DNA from: an uncultured delta proteobacterium
Lineage (GTDB): Bacteria; Desulfobacterota; Desulfarculia; JACQYL01; CAWGVV01
DNA: 64,000 nucleotides
Assembly: GCA_963826125.1 (NCBI GenBank)
Contig: CAWGVV010000002.1
Coordinates: forward strand, 873,964 to 937,963
Reading direction: 5' to 3'
The position numbers and the translations under genes are program-made. A model generated the notes under the pieces. That model was given only the letters and a program-made list of their open reading frames with translations, made no database searches and was not told the origin of the DNA. The stretch's first letter is position 1. Every line of letters starts with the position of its first letter. This document shows, piece after piece, positions 1-10,303 of this stretch.

Positions 1-156
1 CTGAATGAGGCCGTCCCGGCACAGGAGGGCGCCCGGAAACCACTGGGCGATTTCCCCCTGGCCTTTGCCGCCGTGGGAATTCCCACGGTCACGGGGTGTA
101 AAGATGCGCGCGTTGTGGAAAAGTTTGACGGCCATGGCCGGCCTTTCGGCCCATAA
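1..156 (+). CDS. 3' end of an unidentified gene entering from the left edge (51 codons then TAA)
   Basis: frame-1 reading from base 1 is stop-free to TAA at 154-156 with GC-rich third codon positions; no recognisable motif; the track ORF 5..211 in another frame looks like Arg/Pro/Trp-rich noise. Confidence 0.25.
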   Translation: MNEAVPAQEGARKPLGDFPLAFAAVGIPTVTGCKDARVVEKFDGHGRPFGP

Positions 157-410
157 AATTCGGGCTGGCTCCGATCCGCCCGCCATCAAGCCGGCGCGAA
201 GCAATGTGTAACGTTTCACTGGAAGGGTCCGGGCGAAATCCCCCCGCTTCTCCTCCTTTGAGGTGTCTATAAAAGCAGGGAAAAGGGATAAGTGTGGGGG
301 AATCTCTTCCCCCGCGCCCCCTGCGGAGATTTCTCGCTGTGCTCGAAATGACATCTACTTGCATATTTTTATAGTTATACCAATAGCTTAATGTTTTTGA
401 GGGAGAGTGT

Positions 411-440
411 GGAGGGAACTTTTTTCAAAAAGTTCCCTCC
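411..440. repeat. perfect inverted repeat GGAGGGAACTTTTT-tc-AAAAAGTTCCCTCC (14-bp arms) 7 nt past the hutU stop; hairpin/terminator-like or protein-binding palindrome
   Basis: read directly; arms are exact reverse complements; no clean U-tract on either side. Confidence 0.55.
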
Positions 441-446
441 CACAAA

Positions 447-2162
447 CTACTTCCCGAACATGTTGATCATGGGCAGTTTGATGCCTCGTTCTCCGGCCAC
501 TTCCATGGCCCGTTCGTATCCCGCGTCCGCGTGCCGGATGATGCCGGTGGCCGGATCGTTGCGGAGCACCGTGGTGAGGCGCAGTTCGGCCTGGTCCGTG
601 CCGTCGGCCACGGTCACCTGCCCGGCGTGCAGGGCGTAGCCGATCCCCACGCCGCCGCCGTCATGGAACGACACCCACGCCGCGCCGGAGGTCACGTTGA
701 CCATGCAGTTGAGGAGCGCCCAGTCGGCCACGGCGTCGGAACCGTCCTTCATGGCTTCGGTTTCCCGGTAGGGGGAAGCCACCGAACCGGTGTCCAGATG
801 GTCCCTGCCGATGACGATGGGAGCTTTCACCTTGCCCGTGCGCACCAGGTCGTTGAAGAGTTTTCCCGCCTTGTCCCGTTCGCCGTAGCCCAGCCAGCAG
901 ATGCGGGAAGGCAACCCCATGTGAGCCACTCGTTCTTCGGCCATCTTCAGCCAGTGTACCATACGCGTCTTGTGGGGGAATGTTTCCATGAGCGCATGAT
1001 CGGTGACTTCGATGTCGTGGGGATCGCCGGAAAGGGCGGCCCAGCGGAACGGCCCTTCGCCTTCGCAGAAGAGGTGGCGGATGTAGGCCGGGGTGAATCC
1101 CGGATAGCTCATAGCGTCGGCCACGCCCTTGCGCATGGCCTGGGCGCGGAGGTTGTTGCCGTAGTCAAAGGCCACCGCCCCCTTGGCTTTCATAGCCAGG
1201 ATGGCCCGGCAGTGGACGGCCATGGAATCGAGCGCCATGTCCATGTACCGTTTGGAGTCGGTTTTGCGCAGCGAAAGAGCTTCCTCGTAGGGAATTCCCG
1301 CCGGAACGTATCCGTTCAGTTCGTCGTGGGCGCTCGTCTGGTCGGTGACCACGTCGGGGATGAAGCCGGTTTCGACCATCTTGGGGAGCACGTCCGCGGC
1401 GTTGCCCAGCAGGCCGATGGAAAGCGGTTTCTTTTCCTGCGCCGCTTTCCGGGCCATACCGATTGCCTCGTCCATGCTTTCGGTCATGCAGTCCAGGTAG
1501 CGGGTGTCGAGGCGTCGCTGAATGCGGGCGCGATCCACTTCCACGCAGACGATGACGCCCCCGTTCATGGTCACGGACAACGGCTGGGCTCCGCCCATAC
1601 CGCCGAGTCCGCCGGTGAGGACGATCTTTCCGGAAAGGTCGGCGCCATAGTGCTGTTCGGCCAGCGCGGCGAACGTTTCGTACGTTCCCTGCAGGATACC
1701 CTGGGTCCCGATGTAGATCCACGAACCGGCGGTCATCTGGCCGTACATGATGAGCCCCTTCTTGTCCAGTTCGTGGAAGTACTCCCAGTTGGCCCAATGG
1801 GGGACGATGTTGGCGTTGGCGATGAGCACGCGCGGGGAATGGGGGTGCGTTTTCACGATGCCCACCGGCTTGCCCGACTGGACCAGCAGCGTTTCGTCGT
1901 TTTCCAGTTCCATCAAGGAGAGCACCAGGGCGTCGAAGCACGGCCAGTTGCGGGCGGCTTTGCCCATGCCGCCGTAGACGATGAGTTCGTCCGGCTTCTC
2001 GCCGTTGGCGGGGTCGAGGTTGTTGCACAGCATGCGCAGGGCCGCTTCCTGATACCACCCCTTGCAGTGCAGTTCAGTTCCGTGCGGCGCTTTGACGGGG
2101 CGCGGTTTGCCGCATCCGATCTGCAGGTCTTTTATCAATCGTTCTCGAGCTGTTGGGGCCAT
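447..2162 (-). CDS. hutU: urocanate hydratase (urocanase)
   Basis: ~570 aa; motifs typical of urocanase ([60 protein letters not shown]); start set at MAPTARER (ATG) rather than the upstream track start, which overlaps hutC. Confidence 0.9.
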   Translation of the reverse strand: MAPTARERLIKDLQIGCGKPRPVKAPHGTELHCKGWYQEAALRMLCNNLDPANGEKPDELIVYGGMGKAARNWPCFDALVLSLMELENDETLLVQSGKPVGIVKTHPHSPRVLIANANIVPHWANWEYFHELDKKGLIMYGQMTAGSWIYIGTQGILQGTYETFAALAEQHYGADLSGKIVLTGGLGGMGGAQPLSVTMNGGVIVCVEVDRARIQRRLDTRYLDCMTESMDEAIGMARKAAQEKKPLSIGLLGNAADVLPKMVETGFIPDVVTDQTSAHDELNGYVPAGIPYEEALSLRKTDSKRYMDMALDSMAVHCRAILAMKAKGAVAFDYGNNLRAQAMRKGVADAMSYPGFTPAYIRHLFCEGEGPFRWAALSGDPHDIEVTDHALMETFPHKTRMVHWLKMAEERVAHMGLPSRICWLGYGERDKAGKLFNDLVRTGKVKAPIVIGRDHLDTGSVASPYRETEAMKDGSDAVADWALLNCMVNVTSGAAWVSFHDGGGVGIGYALHAGQVTVADGTDQAELRLTTVLRNDPATGIIRHADAGYERAMEVAGERGIKLPMINMFGK

Positions 2163-2241
2163 GGAAAGACCTCCCGAATTATGACGAGCCCCGGGTGAGG
2201 GGCTGTTTGGTGAAGGAATCACTGCTTGACGACTTTTGGCA

Positions 2242-2261
2242 TATACATGTATATACAAGTG
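2242..2261. promoter_or_regulatory. HutC-operator-like palindrome (catATACATGTATATACAAGtg; core TGTATATACA) in the hutU/hutC divergent intergenic region
   Basis: palindromic GT-N-AC type site read in sequence; resembles the TTGTAT-TACAAG type operators reported for HutC-family GntR repressors; coordinates approximate (+/-1). Confidence 0.45.
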
Positions 2262-2404
2262 CGAAAAGGCAAGTCAATACTTTTCCTTTCGCGGCCATCG
2301 AATGCGGACGTGGGGAAGCTCGCGGAAACGGGCTCCTCCGAAAAAAGGCACAGCGTGTGGAATCAAAAAAGCAGGCGGGAAAGAGGAACGGGGAACATAT
2401 CAAC

Positions 2405-3166
2405 GTGAATACGAACGGAAGCGACCTCGACAACGGACAGCCCCTCCCCCTTTTTCAGCAGGTAAAGAACTACATCGCCGAGAACATCGAGTCGGGAAAC
2501 TGGGCTCCCCGGAGCCGGATTCCGTCCGAGAACGACATCGTGAACGAACTCGGCGTGTCCCGCATGACCGTACACCGCGCCATGCGCGAACTCACCGCGG
2601 AAGGTCTGCTGGTGCGGTTGCAGGGGGTGGGCACGTTCGTGGCGGAGCGCAAACCCCAGTCGGCGCTCCTGGAGATACGCTCCATCTCGGACGACATCGC
2701 CCGACGGGGAGGCGTCCACAGCAGCAAGGTGCTTCTGCTGCGTGAAGAAGCCGCCACGCGGGAACTTGCCGACGCACTGCACATCCCGCGCGGTTCCGCG
2801 GTGTTCCATTCCACCGTGGTTCATCGGGATAACGGCCGGCCGGTGCAACTCGCGGACCGTTACGTCAACCCCGCCGTCGCGCCGGATTACCTCAGACAGG
2901 ATTTCACCGTAATAACGCCCAGCGAGTACCTTTTCAGTCTCTGCCCGCTCACCGAGGCCGAACACATTGTCGAGGCCATTCTGCCCGACCCGAAGATGCA
3001 GGCGCTGCTCGAACTGGGACCGAAGGAAGCCTGCCTGGTGGTCCATCGCCGCACGTGGTCCAACGGCCTCGTGGTCACCAAGGCTCGTCTGGTGCATCCC
3101 GGCGCGGGGTTCCGGCTGGCCGGGCGGTTCAAACCGGCCTCGTCGGCCAGTCCCTTGGTGGGGTGA
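2405..3166 (+). CDS. hutC: histidine utilization repressor, GntR family with UTRA effector domain
   Basis: N-terminal wHTH (PLFQQVKNYIAENIESGNWAPRSRIPSENDIVNELGVSRMTVHRAMRELTAEGLL) plus UTRA-like C-terminus; GTG start chosen at VNTNGS because the longer track ORF overlaps hutU on the other strand. Confidence 0.75.
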   Translation: MNTNGSDLDNGQPLPLFQQVKNYIAENIESGNWAPRSRIPSENDIVNELGVSRMTVHRAMRELTAEGLLVRLQGVGTFVAERKPQSALLEIRSISDDIARRGGVHSSKVLLLREEAATRELADALHIPRGSAVFHSTVVHRDNGRPVQLADRYVNPAVAPDYLRQDFTVITPSEYLFSLCPLTEAEHIVEAILPDPKMQALLELGPKEACLVVHRRTWSNGLVVTKARLVHPGAGFRLAGRFKPASSASPLVG

Positions 3167-3490
3167 ACGTCCCCGACATCGAAGCTCTCCGGATTTCCCG
3201 GAACAACGCGCCGGCCCGTCAACGGTACAAAGAACCTGTCGAAACACCACTGCAAGCGTTGCGCCCGCCTGAAACAACCATCTCGGCATGCGATCGAGAT
3301 TTATCGGCCTGTTCGCACCCTTTCCGCTCCTGAAAACGAAAATGTCGGGTTCCGTAGCATCGTCCCGCATCCACTCCTCAAGCCATCCCGTGAGCTTCTT
3401 CCCATAAAAGATGGTCGATGGATGGTTTCACGGTGTTTTATGTTTTTCGGGTCGATTATGGCGGTTGAGGTGTGTCGGGCCTATCTTGGC

Positions 3491-3799
3491 ATGAGAGAGG
3501 GAACGAAATTCGATGATGAGAGCGCGGTAGGGATGCAGCCGATAAAGGAGTTTCTTAACAAAATCATTTGGGATAGGCGCGAAAACGTCTCCCTGTACGA
3601 GGTCGGCGTGTTCGACAGGTTCACGAAGGAAATCTCTTTCATTCCTCTCTCCAGTGTCAGGATCGAGGGCATGTCCATGCATATGGATGGCTCTGAGCCT
3701 GCCGAAATTCCCCTGCACAGAATCAGGAGCGTAAGGAAAGAAGGAAAAATCGTTTGGGAACGAAAAATCAAAAATGAAATGAATCGGGAGTGTCCGTAG
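3491..3799 (+). CDS. small DUF504/MJ1316-like protein (family mostly archaeal) in a low-GC islet
   Basis: motifs PIKEFLNKIIWD, YEVGVFDRF and IPLHRIRSVRKEGKIVWER recalled as characteristic of the MJ1316/DUF504 domain; local GC ~47% vs ~62% surroundings; start uncertain (ATG at 3491 or 3533). Confidence 0.45.
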   Translation: MREGTKFDDESAVGMQPIKEFLNKIIWDRRENVSLYEVGVFDRFTKEISFIPLSSVRIEGMSMHMDGSEPAEIPLHRIRSVRKEGKIVWERKIKNEMNRECP

Positions 3800-4117
3800 G
3801 AAACATGGACGGAAGAAAAGCCTTGGTTTGAGCCCATCACTTGTTTTCACGTGGTTGTCGGCCTGAAAATATCTTTGGGCTCGGTACCGACGGGGACCGT
3901 CACGACGAGGTATCGAAGCTTGAAAGTCGGGGGCAATTCAGCGGCAAGATAGTTTCCGCGACGGACCTCGGCAAACAGGCCGGAGGAATTTCCCGCCGAC
4001 GATGCGCACCATGTCTTTTGGTGCGGGTTCTCACGACGGCGGGCGACAAAAAAGCCGTTCATGCCGGTATCGAGGCATGAACGGCCCATGTTTCAATACG
4101 CTGAAAAAGGCTCCGGG

Positions 4118-5497
4118 TTACCCGTACGCAATGGACGGAAGCCACAGCACCAGCCTAGGCAGCAGCGCCACCAGCGTCAAGCCGATAATCTGCAGGATCA
4201 CGAAGGGGACCACGCCCTTGTAGGTGTCCCAGAGAGTGACTTCCGGCGGCGTGACCCCCATGAGGAAGAAGATGGCGAAGCCCACGGGCGGCGTGAGGAA
4301 GGACGTCTGCAGGGCCACGGCCACCAGGATGGTGAACCAGACCAGCTCCGGGTTGTCGACTCCCGGATAGACGGGCAGCTTCAGTCCCAGGGAACTGATC
4401 ACCGGCGCCAGCAGGGGCAGCACGATGAGGCATATCTCGATCCAGTCGAGGAAGAACCCCAGGATGAACACCACGCCGAGGATGACCGCGATGATGCCGT
4501 AGGGGCCGAAGGGCAACCCGGTGAGGGAACTCGCGATCACCTCGTCGCCACCCAGCAGCCGCAGCACCAGGGCGAAACAGGTGGCGCCCACGAAGATGCC
4601 GAAAATATAGCCGGTGGTCTTGAAGGTTTCGAGCGTGACGTCCCTGAGGACCTTCAAGTTGAATTTGCGGTTCTGCATGGCCAGGAGGGAAGCTCCCACG
4701 GCCCCGATGCCGCTCGCTTCGGTGGGGGTGGCGATACCGACGAAAATGGACCCCAGAACCATCAGGATGAGCCCGAAGGACGGGAGGATGGTCTTCAACA
4801 CATCCAGGAGTACGCCCGGAGTGATGGGGCGCCGGTCCTTGGCCAGAGGCGCGCCCGCCGGATGGACAAGACCGAAAATGATGATGTAGGCCACGTAGAG
4901 TGCGCCGAGCAACAATCCCGGCAACAGGGCGCCCATGAACAGATCGCCCACGGAAAGGCTCATCTGGTCGGCCATGACCACCAGCATGATGCTGGGGGGG
5001 ATGAGGATGCCGAGGGTGCCCGAGGCGGCGATGGTTCCCAGGGCCAGCGGCTTGGAATAGCCCTGATGTAGCATGGCCGGCAGCGACAGGAGGCCCAGCA
5101 GCACCACGGATGCGCCGATGATTCCGGTGGAGGCGGCCAGGATGACTCCGATGAGGGTCACCGTTACGGCCAATCCGCCCCGGATCCTTCCGAACAGGTC
5201 CTGCATGCTTTTCATCATCCGTTCGGCCACGCCGGAACGGTCGAGCATCAGTCCCATGAACACGAACATGGGGATGGCCACCAGCACCCAGTTGTCCATG
5301 AGCTTGAACACCCGGTTCACCGCCATCCCGATGATGTTGAAGTCGAGTCCCGTGGCGGTGCCCAGATACAGATCGGACAGATAGCCCACCAGGGTGAAGA
5401 TCATGGCTACGCCCCCGAGCACGAAGGCGATGGGAAATCCCGTGAACAGGAGGGCGATGAAGGTCAGGAACATCAGTATGACGAGGACGTCGCTCAA
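4118..5497 (-). CDS. TRAP transporter large permease (DctM family)
   Basis: 459-aa polytopic membrane protein with DctM-family conserved regions; directly downstream of DctQ- and DctP-type genes. Confidence 0.9.
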   Translation of the reverse strand: MSDVLVILMFLTFIALLFTGFPIAFVLGGVAMIFTLVGYLSDLYLGTATGLDFNIIGMAVNRVFKLMDNWVLVAIPMFVFMGLMLDRSGVAERMMKSMQDLFGRIRGGLAVTVTLIGVILAASTGIIGASVVLLGLLSLPAMLHQGYSKPLALGTIAASGTLGILIPPSIMLVVMADQMSLSVGDLFMGALLPGLLLGALYVAYIIIFGLVHPAGAPLAKDRRPITPGVLLDVLKTILPSFGLILMVLGSIFVGIATPTEASGIGAVGASLLAMQNRKFNLKVLRDVTLETFKTTGYIFGIFVGATCFALVLRLLGGDEVIASSLTGLPFGPYGIIAVILGVVFILGFFLDWIEICLIVLPLLAPVISSLGLKLPVYPGVDNPELVWFTILVAVALQTSFLTPPVGFAIFFLMGVTPPEVTLWDTYKGVVPFVILQIIGLTLVALLPRLVLWLPSIAYG

Positions 5498-5513
5498 GGG
5501 TAAAAACTCCTCT

Positions 5514-6038
5514 TCAGGCTTTCTTGAACAGCAGGGCCGCCGCCCGGATCATACGCGACACGGCCGCCACTCCCACCAGAGCCATGCTGACGGGAATCAC
5601 GGATTTTATGATCCAGCGGTAGGGGAGCCCCAGCGGGGAATCCGAACTTTCGTTCAGATGGTAGGAACTCTGTACGAAATCCAGACCGTGGATGAAAAGG
5701 ACGACGACAAGCGGCAGGAGCAGAAAAAGGATTCCCAGGAATTCGACCCATTCCTTCCCTCGGGGCGAAAACTTCCGGTGGGCCAGATCCAGCCGGATGT
5801 GGGAATCCGTCACGATTCCGTACGATATGCCGAACATCACGCACACGGCGTACAGGTGCCATTGGAGTTCTTCCAGGGACACCATGCCTTTTCCGAATAC
5901 ATAGCGCAAAATCACCTGGATCACGATGACGAGGACCGTGGCCACGTTCAGCCAGGCGATGGTCTGACCGATGCGGAGCACGAACCGGTCGAGGGACACA
6001 CAGACGGCGGGGGGTGCTTTGGGTTCCATAGTATTCAA
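5514..6038 (-). CDS. TRAP transporter small permease (DctQ family)
   Basis: 174 aa, four hydrophobic helices, position between DctP and DctM genes. Confidence 0.8.
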   Translation of the reverse strand: MNTMEPKAPPAVCVSLDRFVLRIGQTIAWLNVATVLVIVIQVILRYVFGKGMVSLEELQWHLYAVCVMFGISYGIVTDSHIRLDLAHRKFSPRGKEWVEFLGILFLLLPLVVVLFIHGLDFVQSSYHLNESSDSPLGLPYRWIIKSVIPVSMALVGVAAVSRMIRAAALLFKKA

Positions 6039-6132
6039 TCGTTTCGGATGCTGTTGGTTTTATCACACGGCGGGATAAAGTGGCGGGACCCGAATGGGTC
6101 CCGCCGTCTTTCGTATCTGGCCGTACGTTTCG

Positions 6133-7209
6133 TTACTTTTTCGCGGGGCCCAGGTCGCGCGGCAGGAAGCCGAGCCGGGACCAGTCTTTGTATTGGGCGC
6201 GGAAACCGTTCAGATCGTCCATTACCTTTTTGAAGAAGGGGTCTTTGGCGGACTGTTCCGTGGCTACCTCTTCCCACGCTCCCCGGAAGGCCTTCAGGAA
6301 CTCGGGGGACCAGTACATGTTGTGCACGCCGTGCTTTTCCGCGTTCTCCTCGATCACCGGGGCCTGAGTGGCCTCGCCGCGGGCGATGGACCAGGTGATG
6401 GTGGCCATGGTGGTCATTTCGATGATCTTCTGCTGGGCCGGCTTCATCTTGTTCCAGACGTCCTTGTTGATGAGCAGTTCGGTGAACGTGGACAACTGGT
6501 GCCAGCCGGGGAAGTAGTTGTATTTGGCGATCTTGTAGAAACCGAGGTTCTTGTCCATTGAGGGCAGGGAGAATTCCGTGGCGTCGATGGCGCCCTTCTC
6601 CAGGGCCGGGAAGATTTCCGCGGGCGGAAGCATGGTCACGGACACGCCCAGCTTCTGCATGGCTTCGCCGCCCAGGCCGTAGAAGCGCATCTTGAGGCCC
6701 TTGAGGTCGTCGAGGGACTTGATTTCCTTGGTGTACCAGCCGGACGATTCCGGGGGAATCAGCGCCAGGGGCAATACCTTCACGTTCATGCCCGCCTGGT
6801 CGTACATTTCCTGATAGAGCTTCAACCCGTTGCCGTTGAGCATCCAGGCCAGGTATTCGGGAGCTTCGGGACCGAAGGGAATGCTGGAAAAGATGGGCGC
6901 GGACGGAATTTTACCCGCCCAGAAGCCGGCCGCCGTGGAACCGGCGTCGATTCTGCCCTTGGAAACGGATTCCAGGATTTCGGCCGGAGAGACGAGCTTG
7001 CCGGGATCGAAAAGCTTGAACTCGACTTCGTCGCCGCTGGCGATTTTGATCTGCTCCGCCAGCCAGGGCGTGGATTCTCCCAGGATGGGCAGCGTGGGAG
7101 CGTAGAGCAACTGGCACTTGAGCACCGTCTTGGCTTGCACCGCACCCGACAACGCGACGAGCAAACAGAACACAACGGCCAAACCGAGAAGCATTCGCGT
7201 TTTCTTCAT
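6133..7209 (-). CDS. TRAP transporter substrate-binding protein (DctP family), secreted
   Basis: signal peptide MKKTRMLLGLAVVFCLLVALSGAVQA followed by DctP-type periplasmic binding fold; operon with Q and M. Confidence 0.9.
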   Translation of the reverse strand: MKKTRMLLGLAVVFCLLVALSGAVQAKTVLKCQLLYAPTLPILGESTPWLAEQIKIASGDEVEFKLFDPGKLVSPAEILESVSKGRIDAGSTAAGFWAGKIPSAPIFSSIPFGPEAPEYLAWMLNGNGLKLYQEMYDQAGMNVKVLPLALIPPESSGWYTKEIKSLDDLKGLKMRFYGLGGEAMQKLGVSVTMLPPAEIFPALEKGAIDATEFSLPSMDKNLGFYKIAKYNYFPGWHQLSTFTELLINKDVWNKMKPAQQKIIEMTTMATITWSIARGEATQAPVIEENAEKHGVHNMYWSPEFLKAFRGAWEEVATEQSAKDPFFKKVMDDLNGFRAQYKDWSRLGFLPRDLGPAKK

Positions 7210-7331
7210 AACAAAACTCCTTCTTATACGGGGAAATTGTGCGGACCCTACACCATCCGCTCGCTATCGGAAAAAAGCTCCTCAGGCCGAAAAAACAACC
7301 GATCGATCGGAGTGCTCGAAGGTAAACGCTG

Positions 7332-8624
7332 TCAACCCTTCCGATGAGACGCGCCGTTCAGGAACGTTTCCAGCCGCGGCAGGGAACCGTCGGCCTGGAA
7401 GGGCAGGCTGAACCGTTCCTTCCGGACCTGAACATCCTTCCGGCCGGCGCACGATTCGAGGAGCGCGGTCGAAGCGGCCAGCCATTCGAGATGCTTGGTG
7501 TTCTCGATCCAGGCCACTTTCACCGTTTCCGGCTTCCATACGCCGATGGTGCGGAAGGCGGTCTCAAGGGCGGCCAGGTCGGTGGGAAGGGCGATGGGTA
7601 TGCGACCCTTTTCCGGCGTGCCGCCGGTGATGCTGTTGAGGGCTGTTTTTTCGAAGTCGATCTTCTGAAACACCTTCTTGGTGATGTAATCGGCCAGTCC
7701 GATGCCGATGGCGTTGCCGCCCGTATCTTCCGTCAGGTCCCGGATGATGATCCTAAGAATTTTCGGCGAGGTGCATTCTTTTTCGTAGATGTTCATGATG
7801 CGGCCCACCACCTTGGTGTCCGCTCCGGTGCCCGAAATCTCCTTGCCGATCTCGTCGATGATGAGCACGTCGAGTTCTTCGAAGGGCAGCTTCGGCTTGG
7901 TGGCGCGCGATTCTTCCAGCAGCGCCGGTTCCCGGTCGAAGATTTCCGCCGCGGGGATCACTTCCAGCCTGCGCAGGGTGTTGCGGTGGTCTTCTATCAG
8001 GGCAACTCCGGCCAGGATGTTGAGCCGGTCGAACAGGGCCGTTGCCACGGCGTGAATGGCCTTGTAATAGGAGATGTTGACCGCCAGGTGATGCATGGCT
8101 TCCGCGCCCTGCTGCCGACCCAGCCCCACCACCGCCATTTTCAGCAGTCCGGATTCCGTGTCGCCCATGTACTCCGTGTGTTCCTTGACCCGGTTGACCA
8201 GGATGATGTGGTCGGCTTCCGCCGCGGCTTTGTCCGCATACAGGGGAATGGGCGATATGGGGTGGTTGATTTCCACGTATCCCAGATCGTTGTAAATGGG
8301 CGCGCCCACGGTTTTCTCGGTGATGCCCAGGTGCTGGAGCACCTCCACCTGCCCGGCGGCCGTTCCCCCGCCGTGGCTGCCCATGCCCGGGTAGATCACG
8401 GGATTGCCCCCGGCGGCCTTCACTTCCTGCACGAGGCAGCGCAGCACTTCGGGTTTGGAATCGATCCCCCGGCTGCCGGCGGTGATGAGCACGCGGTCGC
8501 CCGGTTTGATCTTGGAAAAGACGTTGGTCCGCTTTAGTTCGTCGGCCAGCCATTTGCCGATCTGCGGCTCCGTCGATTCGGGATAGTTCTGCCGGACAAG
8601 TCCGAATTGCGGAAACTGCATCAT
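7332..8624 (-). CDS. LarA-like (DUF2088, lactate-racemase-type) protein, putative 2-hydroxyacid racemase/epimerase
   Basis: 430 aa; N-terminal block KPGDRVLITAGSRGID and GMGSHGGGTAAG mirror the LarA blocks (VAIVISDITRP / IATGTHRP); family assignment from memory, not searched. Confidence 0.55.
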   Translation of the reverse strand: MMQFPQFGLVRQNYPESTEPQIGKWLADELKRTNVFSKIKPGDRVLITAGSRGIDSKPEVLRCLVQEVKAAGGNPVIYPGMGSHGGGTAAGQVEVLQHLGITEKTVGAPIYNDLGYVEINHPISPIPLYADKAAAEADHIILVNRVKEHTEYMGDTESGLLKMAVVGLGRQQGAEAMHHLAVNISYYKAIHAVATALFDRLNILAGVALIEDHRNTLRRLEVIPAAEIFDREPALLEESRATKPKLPFEELDVLIIDEIGKEISGTGADTKVVGRIMNIYEKECTSPKILRIIIRDLTEDTGGNAIGIGLADYITKKVFQKIDFEKTALNSITGGTPEKGRIPIALPTDLAALETAFRTIGVWKPETVKVAWIENTKHLEWLAASTALLESCAGRKDVQVRKERFSLPFQADGSLPRLETFLNGASHRKG

Positions 8625-8715
8625 GTTCGTTCTCCATCTTGGACCGAAACGGTCGATTTATCTCTCGGAAGGGAAAAAGGCCGCTTCGAGCCCGCCGATT
8701 CCCTCCGGCGCTTCT

Positions 8716-10239
8716 TCACATCACCGGACCCAGGTGCCACGGTACGAATTCGTTGTCGCCGAATCCCAGCAGTTCGCTCTTGGTCTTTTTCCCGGAAGCG
8801 GTGTCCACGATGAGGCGGAACACCTCTTCCCCCAGCGCTTCCAGGCCGGTGTCGCCGTCCAGGACCGCTCCGCAGTTCACGTCCATGTCCCGGCTCATGC
8901 GCCGGTAGGTGGCGGTGTTGGAACAGAGCTTAATGGTCGGGACCGGTTTGAAACCGCAGACGCTCCCCCTGCCGGTGGTGAATACGGCTACGTTGGCGCC
9001 TCCTGCTATCATTCCGGTTACCGATACCACATCATACCCCGGAGTGTCCATGAAGATCAGCCCTTTGGCGGTGACGGGTTCCGCATACCGGTACACTTCC
9101 ACCAGGTCGGTGGTGCCCCCCTTGGCCGCCGCTCCCAGCGATTTTTCCAGGATGGTGGTGAGCCCTCCCGCTTTGTTGCCCGGCGAGGGGTTATTGTTGA
9201 TTTCCGCTCCGTGGAGGCGGGTATATTCCTCCCACCAGCGGATGCGCTCGATGAGCTTTTCGGCCGTTCGGGGAGACGCGGCCCGTCGGGTGAGGAGGTG
9301 TTCCGCGCCGTAGATTTCCGGCGTTTCGGCCAGGATCGACGTCCCGCCGCTCCGAACCACCCAATCGGCGGCCGCCCCCAGGACCGGGTTGGCGGTGATG
9401 CCCGAATAGCCGTCGGACCCCCCGCACTCGAGGGCCACCACCAGTTCGCCCGCCGGCACCGGGGTCCGGTGCGCTTCGTCGGCACGGGGGAGCATCTCCC
9501 GAACGATTTCCACGCCCAGCCGGACGGTTTCCTCGGTACCCCCTTCGTCCTGGATGTTGAGCATGCGCAACGTTTCGCTTTCCTTGAGGTTCATGTTGCA
9601 CGACAGACATTCCAGGTGGTTTCCCTCGCACCCAAGCCCCACCAGGATGACGGCGGCGAAATTGGGGTGGCGTATCCAGCCGGCCAGGGTGCGCTGCAGC
9701 AGGTCGAACCCTTCCCCCGCCATGGCGCACCCGGCTCCGTGTTTGATCGCCACCACGCCGTCGATGTTGGGATAGCGGGAAAGCTCCTCGGAGGTGAAAC
9801 GGTCGGCGATGAACTGCACCACGCTGGCGGAGCAGCTCACCGTGGCGATCACTCCGATGAAGTTGCGGGTACCCGTTCGGCCGTCGGGCCGGACGAACCC
9901 CTGAAAGGTCGGCACGTCCTTCAGCGGAAGATATTCCGTGGGGCGCGCGTCGCGGCCGATGCCGTAGTCGCGGGCGAAGTCGTGCAGGACGACGTTGTGC
10001 ACGTGCACGTGGTCGCCCGGTTCGATGGGCCGGGAGGCGAACCCGATGGTCTGGCCGTATTTCACCACGGGATCGCCCAGCGGGATCCGTTTGACTGCCA
10101 CTTTGTGCCCTGCCGGAACGGCCGACCGGCAGGTGATGTTTTCAGCGGTAACGGCCGTTCCGGACGGGATTTCGGCGATGGCCACGGCCACGTTGTCGGT
10201 GGGGTGGAGCCGAATGACGAGAGGATGGATTTCATTCAT
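8716..10239 (-). CDS. UxaA/GarD-family dehydratase (altronate / galactarate dehydratase-like) with N-terminal SAF domain
   Basis: N-terminal SAF-like region (LHPTDNVAVAIAEIPSGTAV), then UxaA-family core; 508 aa from the ATG at MNEIHP. Confidence 0.8.
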   Translation of the reverse strand: MNEIHPLVIRLHPTDNVAVAIAEIPSGTAVTAENITCRSAVPAGHKVAVKRIPLGDPVVKYGQTIGFASRPIEPGDHVHVHNVVLHDFARDYGIGRDARPTEYLPLKDVPTFQGFVRPDGRTGTRNFIGVIATVSCSASVVQFIADRFTSEELSRYPNIDGVVAIKHGAGCAMAGEGFDLLQRTLAGWIRHPNFAAVILVGLGCEGNHLECLSCNMNLKESETLRMLNIQDEGGTEETVRLGVEIVREMLPRADEAHRTPVPAGELVVALECGGSDGYSGITANPVLGAAADWVVRSGGTSILAETPEIYGAEHLLTRRAASPRTAEKLIERIRWWEEYTRLHGAEINNNPSPGNKAGGLTTILEKSLGAAAKGGTTDLVEVYRYAEPVTAKGLIFMDTPGYDVVSVTGMIAGGANVAVFTTGRGSVCGFKPVPTIKLCSNTATYRRMSRDMDVNCGAVLDGDTGLEALGEEVFRLIVDTASGKKTKSELLGFGDNEFVPWHLGPVM

Positions 10240-10303
10240 GGAGTACACCCGTGTTTGAAAGTTTCCGCAACACGGTCTTTCCGCTCCATGGGGCGGTGTT
10301 TCC

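Noticed and set aside
5-211. 68-aa track ORF at the left edge (and 89..364 minus ORF)
   Set aside because: Arg/Pro/Trp-rich junk translation; an alternative frame reading in from the edge (1..156) looks more coding-like, though still unidentified.
531-2198. 555-aa plus-strand ORF (and 1165..2058 minus ORF) overlapping hutU
   Set aside because: Antisense or out-of-frame shadow ORFs of a well-conserved gene in high-GC DNA; Arg/Gly/Pro/His-rich composition, no motifs.
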